From NCBI GenBank assembly GCA_044223005.1, contig JBGAML010000014.1, positions 59,854 to 123,853 on the forward strand: a stretch of DNA of 64,000 nucleotides. The letters run 5' to 3'. Shown here one piece after another: positions 38,718 to 47,924 of the stretch (the stretch's first letter is position 1; every line of letters starts with the position of its first letter). Below the pieces are notes generated by a model. That model was given only the letters and a program-made list of their open reading frames with translations, ran no database searches and was not told the origin of the DNA. The position numbers were made by a program, and so were the translations under genes. Origin of the DNA: Candidatus Eiseniibacteriota bacterium (lineage in GTDB: Bacteria > Eisenbacteria > RBG-16-71-46).

Positions 38718-39361
38718 GCGTGCGTCCCTCCCAGGTTGGGGTTCCCGCGTCGCGGCCGTCGCCGCCGGCCGAGCGCCGCGAAGAGCAGCGCGTAGCCCAA
38801 CCAGAACGCGAGCCACAGCCATTCCTCGAGCTCGCGCCGCAGGCCCGGGTCGGCGACCAGGTACTTCACCGAGACGGCGACCAGCACGTACAGCACCGCG
38901 TAAAGCAGGTGCACCACGGTGACGCGCGAATACGTTCGACCGTCCGGCGCCGGCTCGCCGGAGGGCACGCGCGATCCACGTCCGAACGCGAGCCAGTCGA
39001 GCGTGACGAGCAGCACGACGCCCATGCCGATCACGGCGGCCGCCTGGCGCGCGGCGGCGAGCGGTGCCAGCAAGAAGAGCCCCACCGTCACGAGGCCCGC
39101 GATCGTCAGCGCCCAGCCGGCGGTGCGCTCGCCCGCCAGTGCACCGGCGGACTCGGCGCCCGTGAGCTTGAGCAGCCGCAGCTTGGGGACGACGTTGCCC
39201 GCCACGAGCAGCAGCGCGCCGACCGCCGCGCCCATGCCCCGCTGCTCCAGGTCGTGGCTGATCGCGCCGAAGCGGCGCGCCATCGCGAACGCCGCCATCA
39301 CGGCCGCGAGGCCGAAGAACCCGAACACCGCGTCGCGCGCAGGACGCGTGAGGCCGCTCAC
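38714..39361 (-). CDS. Membrane protein (SdpI-like, about 6 TM)
   Basis: Hydrophobic helices; GNVVPK motif; translationally coupled to the ArsR gene. Confidence 0.7.
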   Translation of the reverse strand: MSGLTRPARDAVFGFFGLAAVMAAFAMARRFGAISHDLEQRGMGAAVGALLLVAGNVVPKLRLLKLTGAESAGALAGERTAGWALTIAGLVTVGLFLLAPLAAARQAAAVIGMGVVLLVTLDWLAFGRGSRVPSGEPAPDGRTYSRVTVVHLLYAVLYVLVAVSVKYLVADPGLRRELEEWLWLAFWLGYALLFAALGRRRRPRRGNPNLGGTHA

Positions 39362-39675
39362 CGGACGGCCCCGGCGCGCGCGACGCGGCGCCCCTTCGGG
39401 CGCGGCGCGCCCTCGAGCCGCCAGCCGAACGCCTTCGCGAACGCGAGCAGCGCGTCCTCGAGCACGGACATCTGCAGCTCGTAGACGACCTGCTTGCCAC
39501 GCTTCTCGGAGGCGACGAGCCCGGCTTCGCGCAGCACCGCGAAGTGGGCGGACATCGTGGACTTGGACACGTCGAACGCCTCGGCCAGTTCGCCCGCGGT
39601 CATCGGACCGCGGCGCAGCAACTCGAGCACGTGACGTCGCGTGGGATCGGAAAGCGCCCGGAAGACGTGGTTCAT
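39358..39675 (-). CDS. ArsR/SmtB family autorepressor (SdpR-like)
   Basis: VFRALSDPTRR.VL.LL..GPMTAGELA..F..SK.TMSAHF.VLREAGLV. Confidence 0.92.
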   Translation of the reverse strand: MNHVFRALSDPTRRHVLELLRRGPMTAGELAEAFDVSKSTMSAHFAVLREAGLVASEKRGKQVVYELQMSVLEDALLAFAKAFGWRLEGAPRPKGRRVARAGAVR

Positions 39676-39711
39676 GGTTCTATATTTAGCCAATCATCGA
39701 AATGAAGTCAA
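39676..39711 (-). promoter_or_regulatory. sigma70 promoter of the ArsR operon, probably giving a leaderless mRNA
   Basis: TTGACT-17 nt-TAAATA-7 nt-ATG on minus; AT-rich island; no RBS. Confidence 0.7.
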
Positions 39712-39776
39712 GGGTGATTTCGCGGACAGGTTTCCGGAAGGTCGCGGTGGGCCCGCGGAGCGCCCGGGCCGCAGGC

Positions 39777-41570
39777 TCAGCGGTCGAGCAGCAGGACGCG
39801 CGCGGTGCGCACCGCACCCGGGCGCACGAGGCGTGCGAAGTAGACGCCGCGCGCGACGCGCGCGCCGGATTCGTCGCGGCCGTCCCAGGTGAGAACGCTC
39901 ACCCCCGCCGGCAGGCTGCCGTCGGCGAGCGTGCGCACGCGGCGGCCCAGCACGTCGAACAGGTCGACGCGCACGACGTCGGGCGCCGGCAGGCCGACGG
40001 CCAGCGCGGCCTTCGCGCCGAGCGGCTCGGGATCGATCGGCCGGAAGATCTCGCGGACGCGCCGCGGGTTCGGCAGCGGGTCCGGATCCCCGGCGTCGCC
40101 TTCCGGCCAATCGTCGGACGTGTGCGTCGTGTCCGGCGGCACGATCGTCGGCCGGCCGCGCACGGTGAGCACCGCGCTGGTCGCGGTGCCGTCGGCGGTG
40201 CCGAGGCGCACGCGCATCACGACGGTCGTGTCCGAATCGGCCACCGCCGGCCAGCGGTGCGCGATCCACGTGAACACGGTCGTGTCGGCGGCGAGCGCGG
40301 GCGAGCTCGCGAAGCCGAGGCTCTCGGGAGCGACCGGCGTTTCGGCGCCGAGCGAATCGACGAGCCACGCCCGCAGCAGCGGCGGCCCCGAAAGCGGGTT
40401 CGCCGCACGCAGCGCAAGCGACGTGGTGTCGCCCTGGATCACCGTGGGCGACGCCCAGTCGAGCCCGACGACGTGGAAGTACGGCGGCTGCACGAGCTGG
40501 AAGAGCCAGCTCGTCCCCCACTTGATCTCGCGCAGCTCGACGCGGTCGCCGCTCACGTAGGCGTAGAGGTCGTGCGTGCCGTCGGCGAGTGTCTCCGACG
40601 CGATCCACGTGCTGGTGTCGTAGCCGAGCATGGAGCGCAGCCGGCCGCGATAGGTCCAGTTGGCGGACGGCGTCGGCGGGTCGGGCGTCGTGTAGAGTGA
40701 GATCGGCTGGCTGGACGACGTGGTGATGAAGAGGTACCAGAGCCCGTCGTGCCGGATCAGGTGCGGCGACTCGGTGAGCACGTTGAACGTGTTGGCGCGC
40801 CAGGTGGCGGCGACGAAGCCGTCGTCGCTCCACGCGGAGAGATCGCCGGTCGAGTGCGCGACCCCGACCACGGTGGCGGCGGTGTCGGCGGCCAGCGAGG
40901 CCGTGTAGTACATGAGCCACTGGCCCGGGTTCGCCGGGTCGGCCATCACGAACGGATCGCGGAAGGCCGGCTGCGTGCTCGCGGGATTCCACCACGCCCA
41001 CGACGTCTGCGAGGCGTCGAACACCGGATCGGTGCCGACGCGGTTCCACGTCTCGAGATCGGCCGAGACCGCGAGGCCGAGCCGCTGCGTGCGATTGTGG
41101 CCGCCGTCGACCGTGACGCCCGTGTAGACCATCCACCACAGGCTGTCGCGGCGGACGATCGTCGGCGCCCAGACGTGAAGGTTGTCCCAGCCGTTGAACG
41201 GGACGTACATCACCGGGATGTGCTGCTCCCAGTGGTAGAGGTCGGTCGAGGCGGCGTGCCCGAAGCTGTTCTCGGTGTAGTCGGGGAATGTCGCCGAGCT
41301 GCTGAGGATGTAGAACAGGTGGTAGACGCCGTCCTGCTTGACGAGCGTGAAGTCCTTCGGCCGCACCGGCGAACCGGGCAGCATGTACGCTGCCCGCGCG
41401 GCGGGCGCGACGCCGAGCAGCACCGTCGCGACGAGCGCGAGGCGCAGGGCCAGCTTCGCGAGACGTTCGGGCCGCAGGAAGTCGATCAGGAGGTCGCCTC
41501 GTGAGAAGGTGCGCCGGGCTCGCGGGACCCGGCTTCGGATGGCGTGGCCGGTCCAGCGACGTCGGGCCAA
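39777..41570 (-). CDS. Secreted GH32/GH43-like five-bladed beta-propeller hydrolase with C-terminal FlgD-Ig/T9SS-like domain
   Basis: YHLFY, GHAASTDL.HW, WAP, FRDP, ESP; C-terminus FDVLGRRVR..WDGRD..GVYFARL; true start probably near 41490. Confidence 0.8.
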   Translation of the reverse strand: MARRRWTGHAIRSRVPRARRTFSRGDLLIDFLRPERLAKLALRLALVATVLLGVAPAARAAYMLPGSPVRPKDFTLVKQDGVYHLFYILSSSATFPDYTENSFGHAASTDLYHWEQHIPVMYVPFNGWDNLHVWAPTIVRRDSLWWMVYTGVTVDGGHNRTQRLGLAVSADLETWNRVGTDPVFDASQTSWAWWNPASTQPAFRDPFVMADPANPGQWLMYYTASLAADTAATVVGVAHSTGDLSAWSDDGFVAATWRANTFNVLTESPHLIRHDGLWYLFITTSSSQPISLYTTPDPPTPSANWTYRGRLRSMLGYDTSTWIASETLADGTHDLYAYVSGDRVELREIKWGTSWLFQLVQPPYFHVVGLDWASPTVIQGDTTSLALRAANPLSGPPLLRAWLVDSLGAETPVAPESLGFASSPALAADTTVFTWIAHRWPAVADSDTTVVMRVRLGTADGTATSAVLTVRGRPTIVPPDTTHTSDDWPEGDAGDPDPLPNPRRVREIFRPIDPEPLGAKAALAVGLPAPDVVRVDLFDVLGRRVRTLADGSLPAGVSVLTWDGRDESGARVARGVYFARLVRPGAVRTARVLLLDR

Positions 41571-41615
41571 TTATCCGCTAGCATTTTCCGAGCCGTCAAC
41601 CACTCATCGGAGAAC

Positions 41616-43583
41616 ATGATCCAGATCCAGAACCTGCGCTTTTCCATCGGTCAACGGGTGCTCTTCGACCGCCTCAACTGGGTCATCGCTCCCGGGGACC
41701 GCTGCGCGCTCGTGGGGCCCAACGGAGCCGGCAAGACGACGCTGATCCGCGTGCTCCTGGGCGAGTACTCGGCCGAGTCCGGCGGCGTCGTACTCGCCCG
41801 CGGCACCCGCGTGGGCTACCTGCCGCAGGAAGCCGCCGAGACGTTCGAGGGCACCGTGCTCGAACGCGCCATGGAAGCGCACCGCTCGCTGCTCGGCATG
41901 CGCGAGGAACTGGACGAGCTGCACGCGCGGCTGGCCGGCATCTCCCCCGACGACCCCGAGCTCGAGCCGCTGCTCGAGCGGGCGGGCGAGCTGCAGCACC
42001 ATCTCGAGGTGCACGCCGAGCACCGGCTCGAGCCCGAGGCGCGGCGCGTGCTCTCGGGACTCGGGTTCTCGACCGCGGACCAGGACCGCCCGCTCGCCGA
42101 GTTCTCGGGCGGCTGGCGCATGCGCTGCGCGCTCGCGGCGCTGCTGCTCGCGGACCCGACCGTGCTGTTCATGGACGAGCCCACCAACCACCTGGACCTG
42201 CCCGCCATGGAGTGGCTCGAGGACTACCTCGACGACTTCCACGGCGCGCTGGTGGTGGTCTCGCACGACCGCGTGTTCCTCGATCGTGTCGCGACCGAGG
42301 TGCGCGAGCTGGACCAGGGCCAGCTCACCGGCTACGCGATGGGCTTCACGCGCTACCTCGAGGAGAAGGAGCTGCGCCGCGAGCAGGCCGAGGCCGCCAA
42401 CGCGCAGCTCGACGCCAAGATCGCGCAGCTGTCGCGCTTCGTGGAGCGCTTCGGCGCCAAGAACACCAAGGCCGCGCAGGCGCAGAGCAAGCGCAAGCAG
42501 ATCGACCGCTTGAAGACCGAGCGCGTCGTGATCCCGCGGCGGGGCCAGCACATCCGTTTCGCGTTCCCCGAGCCGCCGGGCTCGGGGCGGCTGCTCGTGC
42601 GGCTGCGCGACGCCTCGTTCGGCTACGGCGCGACCGACGTGCTGCGCCAGGCGCAGGTGGAGCTCACGAAGGGCGACAAGATCGCGATCGTGGGCGCCAA
42701 CGGCGCCGGCAAGACGACGCTGCTGCGCATGCTCGCGGGCCAGCTCGCGCCGCGCGAAGGCGAGTACGACACGTGGCCGCTCACCAAGATGAGCTACTTC
42801 GCGCAGCACGCCGCCGAGACGCTCGACGGCCAGGCGACGATCCTCGAAGCCGTCGAGGAGGTTGCGCCCGAGGCGTGGCGGCCGCGGCTGCGCACGTTGC
42901 TCGGCAGTTTTCTCTTCCATGGCGACGACGTCTTCAAGGCCTGCCGCGTGCTCTCGGGCGGCGAGCGCCAGCGCGTGGCGCTCTGCCGGATGCTGCTCAC
43001 GCCGAGCAACCTGCTGCTGCTCGACGAGCCCACGCACCATCTCGACCTCGCCGGCAAGGAAGTGCTCGAGGAAGCGCTCGTCCAGTACCCGGGCGGCGTC
43101 GTGGTCGTGACGCACGACCGCTCGCTCATGACGCGCGTCGCGACGCGCGTCCTGGAGGTCAACGACGGCCGCGTGATCCTCTACCCCGGCGGCTACGCCG
43201 ACTACGAGAGCGCCCGCATCGCCAAGCTCGCCGACGCGCCCGCGCCCGAGACGCGCTCGCAGCTCGCCGTGGCCGCGCCCGCCGCGAACCGCCCGCGCCC
43301 CGCCGGCGCCGGTGCGCCGCGCGAGACGCGCGCGCCCGACGCGGCGGCGACGCGCGCCGCCGCGCGCGACGAGCGCCGCGCGCAGCAGCAGCGCGACAAG
43401 GAACTCGCCCGCGTCGAGAAGGACATCCAGAAGCGCGAAGCGCGCATGAAGGAGCTGGAGGTCCCGCTCGCCGACCCCGAGCTCTACCACGACGCCGAGA
43501 AGTCGAAGGCCATCGTGACCGAGTACGAGCGGATCCGCGCCGAGGTCGAGTCGCTCTGGCAGAAGCTCGAGGACCTGGGGTAG
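41616..43583 (+). CDS. ABC-F family ATPase (YheS/Uup-like) with C-terminal coiled coil
   Basis: Two NBDs (GPNGAGKTT, FSGGW, DEPTNHLD; GANGAGKTT, LSGGE, DEPTHHLD), no TM segments. Confidence 0.95.
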   Translation: MIQIQNLRFSIGQRVLFDRLNWVIAPGDRCALVGPNGAGKTTLIRVLLGEYSAESGGVVLARGTRVGYLPQEAAETFEGTVLERAMEAHRSLLGMREELDELHARLAGISPDDPELEPLLERAGELQHHLEVHAEHRLEPEARRVLSGLGFSTADQDRPLAEFSGGWRMRCALAALLLADPTVLFMDEPTNHLDLPAMEWLEDYLDDFHGALVVVSHDRVFLDRVATEVRELDQGQLTGYAMGFTRYLEEKELRREQAEAANAQLDAKIAQLSRFVERFGAKNTKAAQAQSKRKQIDRLKTERVVIPRRGQHIRFAFPEPPGSGRLLVRLRDASFGYGATDVLRQAQVELTKGDKIAIVGANGAGKTTLLRMLAGQLAPREGEYDTWPLTKMSYFAQHAAETLDGQATILEAVEEVAPEAWRPRLRTLLGSFLFHGDDVFKACRVLSGGERQRVALCRMLLTPSNLLLLDEPTHHLDLAGKEVLEEALVQYPGGVVVVTHDRSLMTRVATRVLEVNDGRVILYPGGYADYESARIAKLADAPAPETRSQLAVAAPAANRPRPAGAGAPRETRAPDAAATRAAARDERRAQQQRDKELARVEKDIQKREARMKELEVPLADPELYHDAEKSKAIVTEYERIRAEVESLWQKLEDLG

Positions 43584-43697
43584 GCGAACGCGATTCCCTA
43601 CCGGAGACGGGACGGCGGCAGCGATGGTGGGCTGCCGCGTGGGACTGCTAGAGTCGGGGCACCCCGATCCCATCTCGATTCCCTTGAGGAACTCCGG

Positions 43698-44771
43698 ATG
43701 AGGTCTCTGTCGTGGTCCGTTGAAGCCGCCGCCACAGTGCTCGTTGCGAGCCTGGCTTTCGCGTCGACCGTGGCCGTCTCCACGAACGCCGCCGCTCCGC
43801 TTCACGAGGTCACCACGCGGGATTCGTATCGGTTCGTGACCCGGAGCCTCGGCACCCTCCCCTACGGCTCGGGCCCGCTGGAGTTCGCGGAGCCCGAATG
43901 CGAAGACGATCCGGATTGCGATGCGGGTTTCGCGTTCCTTGGAGAGGACGGCCGGGTCTACGTCTTCGACTTCGCGCGTCAGGACCTCAAATGCATCGAA
44001 GTCTCGGGCCCTCATGTCGGGCGCGTCGAGACGATTCCGCTGGGACTGGCCGACGTTCCGAACTTCCGGCTTCGGGACGGGGCCGCGACCCGTGTAGGCG
44101 ACATCTACTTGCTTTGGTCGCGCGAGCGTGGAAACGCGCTGCCGATGCTCCGACTCTTGTCGGTTCGCGCGGGCGACTCCTGTTGGTCGTTCACCGACGA
44201 GTTCGAGTGTCCCAACTCGAAGGGCGGTCCTCCCTACGCGGACTCGGAGCTCCGACTCGGCGTGTACGCCGATAGTTGCCTGGTGGTGTACCTGCACGGT
44301 CTGGACTGGGATGGCGGCGTGATCGTGAGCGTGAACGGCCATGTCCTCGAGACTGAGCAGCGTTGCCGGCTACCGGACGGGTACGCCATTCCCGGCGGCA
44401 CGCTCCGGCGAGGCCCCTGGGAGAAGGAGTACATCCGAACGCCCGAGGGCGATTCGCTCTCACTGAGTCCGCGGGAGATGAGGGTATTCGGAGTGGATTC
44501 GACCGGTCGCATCTTCAGCCGGGTGATCGAAGACGCTCGCGCGTCCAACTGCACGATCACGGCCTACGACCCTGCGGGGAGTCGGCTGGCTCGACGGCGA
44601 GAGCATTTGGCCGCAGGCACCGAGACCGACTTCCAGCTCTTCGGACTGCGCAACGAGTTCGTGCTCCCCGACGGCCGCCTCATCGAGCTCTGCTTCCGGC
44701 GGAAGGGACTCGACGTCGTCGAGTGGCGGCTGGAGCCGAAGCACGCGGGAGCCGGGTCGCCACGACGGTAG
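43698..44771 (+). CDS. Secreted hypothetical protein with atypical codon usage
   Basis: GAGG RBS, signal peptide, beta-rich and Cys-rich; more A/T at third positions than neighbours. Confidence 0.65.
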   Translation: MRSLSWSVEAAATVLVASLAFASTVAVSTNAAAPLHEVTTRDSYRFVTRSLGTLPYGSGPLEFAEPECEDDPDCDAGFAFLGEDGRVYVFDFARQDLKCIEVSGPHVGRVETIPLGLADVPNFRLRDGAATRVGDIYLLWSRERGNALPMLRLLSVRAGDSCWSFTDEFECPNSKGGPPYADSELRLGVYADSCLVVYLHGLDWDGGVIVSVNGHVLETEQRCRLPDGYAIPGGTLRRGPWEKEYIRTPEGDSLSLSPREMRVFGVDSTGRIFSRVIEDARASNCTITAYDPAGSRLARRREHLAAGTETDFQLFGLRNEFVLPDGRLIELCFRRKGLDVVEWRLEPKHAGAGSPRR

Positions 44772-44813
44772 CCGGCCCGCGAACCGCCCGTTCTCGCCCC
44801 GGGCTTGCCGCAT

Positions 44814-44842
44814 TTGACCCTCGGCTCGCTCGCCCCTACCTT
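44814..44842 (+). promoter_or_regulatory. sigma70 promoter of the BMC gene
   Basis: TTGACC-17 nt-TACCTT, 9 nt before ATG; no RBS. Confidence 0.6.
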
Positions 44843-44851
44843 TCCGCGATC

Positions 44852-45493
44852 ATGTCCGACATCACCCTTCGTACCTACGTCTTCCTGGACTCGCTCCAGC
44901 CCCAGCTCGCCGCGTTCATCGGCACGACCGCGCGCGGGTTCCTCCCTGTCGCGGGCGACGCCTGCATGTTCATCGAGACCGCGCCCGGGCTCATCATCAA
45001 CCGCATCACCGACGTGGCGCTGAAGGCCACGGCGTGCACGCCGGCGATCATGGTGGTCGAGCGCGCCTTCGGCCTGCTCGAGATCCACCACCGCGACAAG
45101 GGCCAGGTCATGGACGGCGGCCGCGCCATCCTGGACCACCTCGGGATCGACGAGCACGATCGCGTGAAGCCGCGCGTCGTCTCGGACCAGGTGATCCGCG
45201 CCGTGGAGCCCTACCACGCCCAGGTGATCAACAAGATGCGTTACGGCGATCAGCTGATCGCCGGCGAGTCGCTGTTCATCCTCGAGACCGAACCGGCCGG
45301 TTACGTCGCGTTCGCGGCCAACGAGGCGCTGAAGGCGGCGCACATCAAGCTGATCGATGCCTCGCTGTTCGGCGCGTACGGCCGGCTCTACCTCTCCGGC
45401 GACGAGGCGCAGATCGACGCGGCGCGGGACGCCGCGCTCAAGTGCCTGCGCACGCTGAAGGGTCGCGACATGGCTGCCGGCGGCGCGCACTGA
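44852..45493 (+). CDS. Bacterial microcompartment tandem-domain shell protein (BMC-T, CcmP/CsoS1D/Haliangium-type)
   Basis: LRTYVFLDSLQPQLA, ETAPG..INR.TD.ALKAT, VVERAFGLLEIH, LETEPAGY..AANEA.KAA, GAYGRLYLSG. Confidence 0.93.
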   Translation: MSDITLRTYVFLDSLQPQLAAFIGTTARGFLPVAGDACMFIETAPGLIINRITDVALKATACTPAIMVVERAFGLLEIHHRDKGQVMDGGRAILDHLGIDEHDRVKPRVVSDQVIRAVEPYHAQVINKMRYGDQLIAGESLFILETEPAGYVAFAANEALKAAHIKLIDASLFGAYGRLYLSGDEAQIDAARDAALKCLRTLKGRDMAAGGAH

Positions 45494-45512
45494 CGCCTGC
45501 CCGGACACACCA

Positions 45513-45549
45513 CGACCCCCGCGGATCCGTCCGCGGGGGTCGCGCGTTT
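45513..45549 (+). terminator. Terminator after the BMC-T gene
   Basis: cgacccccgcgga-tccg-tccgcgggggtcg followed by cgcgttt. Confidence 0.65.
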
Positions 45550-45565
45550 CCGGGTCCCGTGAGCG

Positions 45566-46816
45566 TCAGGCGGCCCGGGCCATGTCGTCGTCGGCCGCGG
45601 TGGGCATCGCGTCGAGCGACGGGTGCGTCGCCCAGCCCTCCTCGAGGCCGCGCATCAGGATGTACGGTTCGAGCCGCGGATCGAGGAACCGGTAGCGCGC
45701 CGTCTTGGCCGCGCCCTGCTTCTCGAGCACCGCACCGCGCCCGGCCTCGGTCAGCGCACTCACCTGGTTGGTGAGCCCGCGCACCTCGCGGCGCACGATG
45801 CGGGTCACGGCCTCGCACACGTCGGCCACGCTGAAGGTGCCGTGGGCATCGCGCGGCGCCAGGGCGCACGCGAGCAGGATTTCGGGGTAGATGCCGCGGC
45901 GGGCGCGCACGATGGACTGCTCGTACGCCTGCCGGACCTCCTCGGGAGCGCCGGCCACCTCGGTGGCCATCGCGGCCTTGAGGTGCGACGCGTCGATCGA
46001 GTGCGCGCCCGTGGCGAGCGCCGCGTGCGCGGCCGACCGCACGAGGCCGTGCATGGCGCCGGGCAGGCCGTTCGCGAGCACGATCGCGCGCTCGAGCATG
46101 GCGTCCTCGGCCTCGAGGTCGGCGTGCCGCAGCAGCCGCATCGCGCACTCCACCGCTTCGTCCGGGCTCATGCGCGAGAGCGCGAACGTCTCGAACGCGG
46201 CGGACGGCTCGAGCCACGGCTCGCTCGAGGCGCCGCGGCCGACCAGCACGAGCGTGACGCCGGGCGCGACGGCAGCAGTCGCTTCGGCGATCACGCGCAT
46301 GCGGGTGCGCACGGTGGGATCGGCCACCTGATCGAGCCCGTCGACGATCACCCACGCGGGCGCGCCCGCCGACAGGCGCGACAGGAACGCGAGCACGTGC
46401 TCGTCGAGCACCGGGCCCGCGGCAGCGAGCGCCGGCGTGTCGGCCGGGAACGGCGACGAGGCGAGCCCGCGCTCGGCGCGGCGCACGGTCGTGCGCGCGG
46501 TGTCGGCGACGCGCGACCACAGCGAGGCGAACGTGTCCATCGCGTCGGCCTCGACGCGCACGACGCCGAGCGGCGTCTCGGCGAACTCGGGGACGATGCC
46601 CGCGAGCGACGTCTTGCCGGTGCCGGCTTCACCGTGGATCACGGCATGGACGCCCGGGCGGGTGGTCAGGGCGAGCAACGCGTGCAGGGCGTGCGCACGC
46701 CCCGCGAACAGGTCCCTGCGAGTGACGGGAGACGTGGGCGTGGTCACCGCATCGATGCGGGAACGCCCGTCGGCCGGCGCGGCCACGCGCAGCGGCGAAG
46801 GAGAGATTTCGCTCAT
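45566..46816 (-). CDS. AAA+/STAND-like ATPase with C-terminal winged-helix-like domain
   Basis: TPTSPV...LFAGR, Walker A GEAGTGKTS, Walker B-like WVIVDGLD, GLP, terminal RYRFLDP. Confidence 0.8.
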   Translation of the reverse strand: MSEISPSPLRVAAPADGRSRIDAVTTPTSPVTRRDLFAGRAHALHALLALTTRPGVHAVIHGEAGTGKTSLAGIVPEFAETPLGVVRVEADAMDTFASLWSRVADTARTTVRRAERGLASSPFPADTPALAAAGPVLDEHVLAFLSRLSAGAPAWVIVDGLDQVADPTVRTRMRVIAEATAAVAPGVTLVLVGRGASSEPWLEPSAAFETFALSRMSPDEAVECAMRLLRHADLEAEDAMLERAIVLANGLPGAMHGLVRSAAHAALATGAHSIDASHLKAAMATEVAGAPEEVRQAYEQSIVRARRGIYPEILLACALAPRDAHGTFSVADVCEAVTRIVRREVRGLTNQVSALTEAGRGAVLEKQGAAKTARYRFLDPRLEPYILMRGLEEGWATHPSLDAMPTAADDDMARAA

Positions 46817-46973
46817 GGACCCCTCGGAAATGAATGAGACGGGACAGTCGATTGCGACGTCCACTCGTCGGCGAGGGGGCCGAGCGTGGGCATTCTGCCC
46901 GAATGACTGCGGGCAATGACCTTATCGACCGCAGGGGTCCGCGACCTTCAGCCCTTTCTTGCGGAAAGTTCGT

Positions 46974-47125
46974 GTTGTGCTCGGGAGATTGCGGGCGGCT
47001 TCGGGGGACCACCCCGGCTGGATGGGGGATCGGCCACCGTCGGCCCCGGGTTCGCTCGCAGGATCTCGATCTCGTTGAACACCAAAGGGTTGAGATCTCA
47101 GCACCAACAATATCCCGAGTACAAC
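46974..47125 (+). ncRNA. Candidate structured RNA, 6S-like
   Basis: 18-bp closing stem 46974-46991/47108-47125 (16 Watson-Crick pairs, 1 G-U, 1 mismatch); inner G-U-rich stem; ttgaacaccaaagggtt segment. Confidence 0.35.
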
Positions 47126-47126
47126 G

Positions 47127-47924
47127 CTAGAACAGCTCGCGCTGGTTCCAGCGGTCCCGCGGCTCGACCACGTCCAGGCCCAAACGCCGCTTCATCTCGT
47201 TGGCGCTCGCGGGCGAGTGGCCGGCCCAGTGGTTGTTGAAGTAGCCGAACACCTCGCGCACCTCGGGGAACGTGCGTTTCAGGTCGGCTTCCCACTGCTC
47301 GAAGCTGTCGGTCCGGTCGACCTGCACCCGGTCGTAGACCTCGATCTGCCGGCGGTCGCCGAGCCAGCGCAGGTAGAGGAAGTCCGCAGTGACCTCGCGG
47401 CGGCGCTCCAACTCGCGCCACTCGGTCCACGCGAGCGCGGCACCGTGGCGGCGCAGCGTGTCGAAGACGGCGTCGTCGTGCCACGAGGCGTGGCGGAACT
47501 CGACCGCGAGCCGCAGGCCGTCCGAGACGCCGGCGAGGAACTGGTCCAGGTCGCGCTGCGTCTCGTCCGAGCGCACGAACTCCGCGGGCATCTGCACCAG
47601 CAGCGGGCCCAGCTTCTCGCCCAGCGGCTCCATGGCGCGCGCGAACTGGTCGAGCGCATCGTTCACTCCCTTGAGGAGCGCGTCGTGCGTGATCGCGCGC
47701 GGCACCTTGGCGGCGAAGCGGAACGTGTCCGGCGTGTGGCGCGCCCACGAGCGCGCGATCGTACCGCGCGGCGCGTGGTAGAACGTCGTGTCCAGCTCGA
47801 CCGTGTCGAAGATCTCGGCGTAGAACGGCAGCCGGTCTTCCTGCTTGGCGCCCGGCGGGTAGAAGACACCCTTCCAGTCGTCGTACGACCAGCCCTGCGT
47901 GCCGATGTGGATCGTCGCGCTCAT
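47127..47924 (-). CDS. DUF72 (YecE-like) TIM-barrel protein
   Basis: IGTQGWSY..W.G.FYP, TVELDTTFY, FAAKVP..ITH, LAVEFRH, YLRWLG, YFNNH. Confidence 0.92.
   Translation of the reverse strand: MSATIHIGTQGWSYDDWKGVFYPPGAKQEDRLPFYAEIFDTVELDTTFYHAPRGTIARSWARHTPDTFRFAAKVPRAITHDALLKGVNDALDQFARAMEPLGEKLGPLLVQMPAEFVRSDETQRDLDQFLAGVSDGLRLAVEFRHASWHDDAVFDTLRRHGAALAWTEWRELERRREVTADFLYLRWLGDRRQIEVYDRVQVDRTDSFEQWEADLKRTFPEVREVFGYFNNHWAGHSPASANEMKRRLGLDVVEPRDRWNQRELF

Noticed and set aside
45566..47126. Archaeal-type cdc6 plus origin (ORB) arrangement
   Set aside because: There is no AT-rich unwinding element or ORB/DnaA-box series, and the G-U pattern favours an RNA structure.
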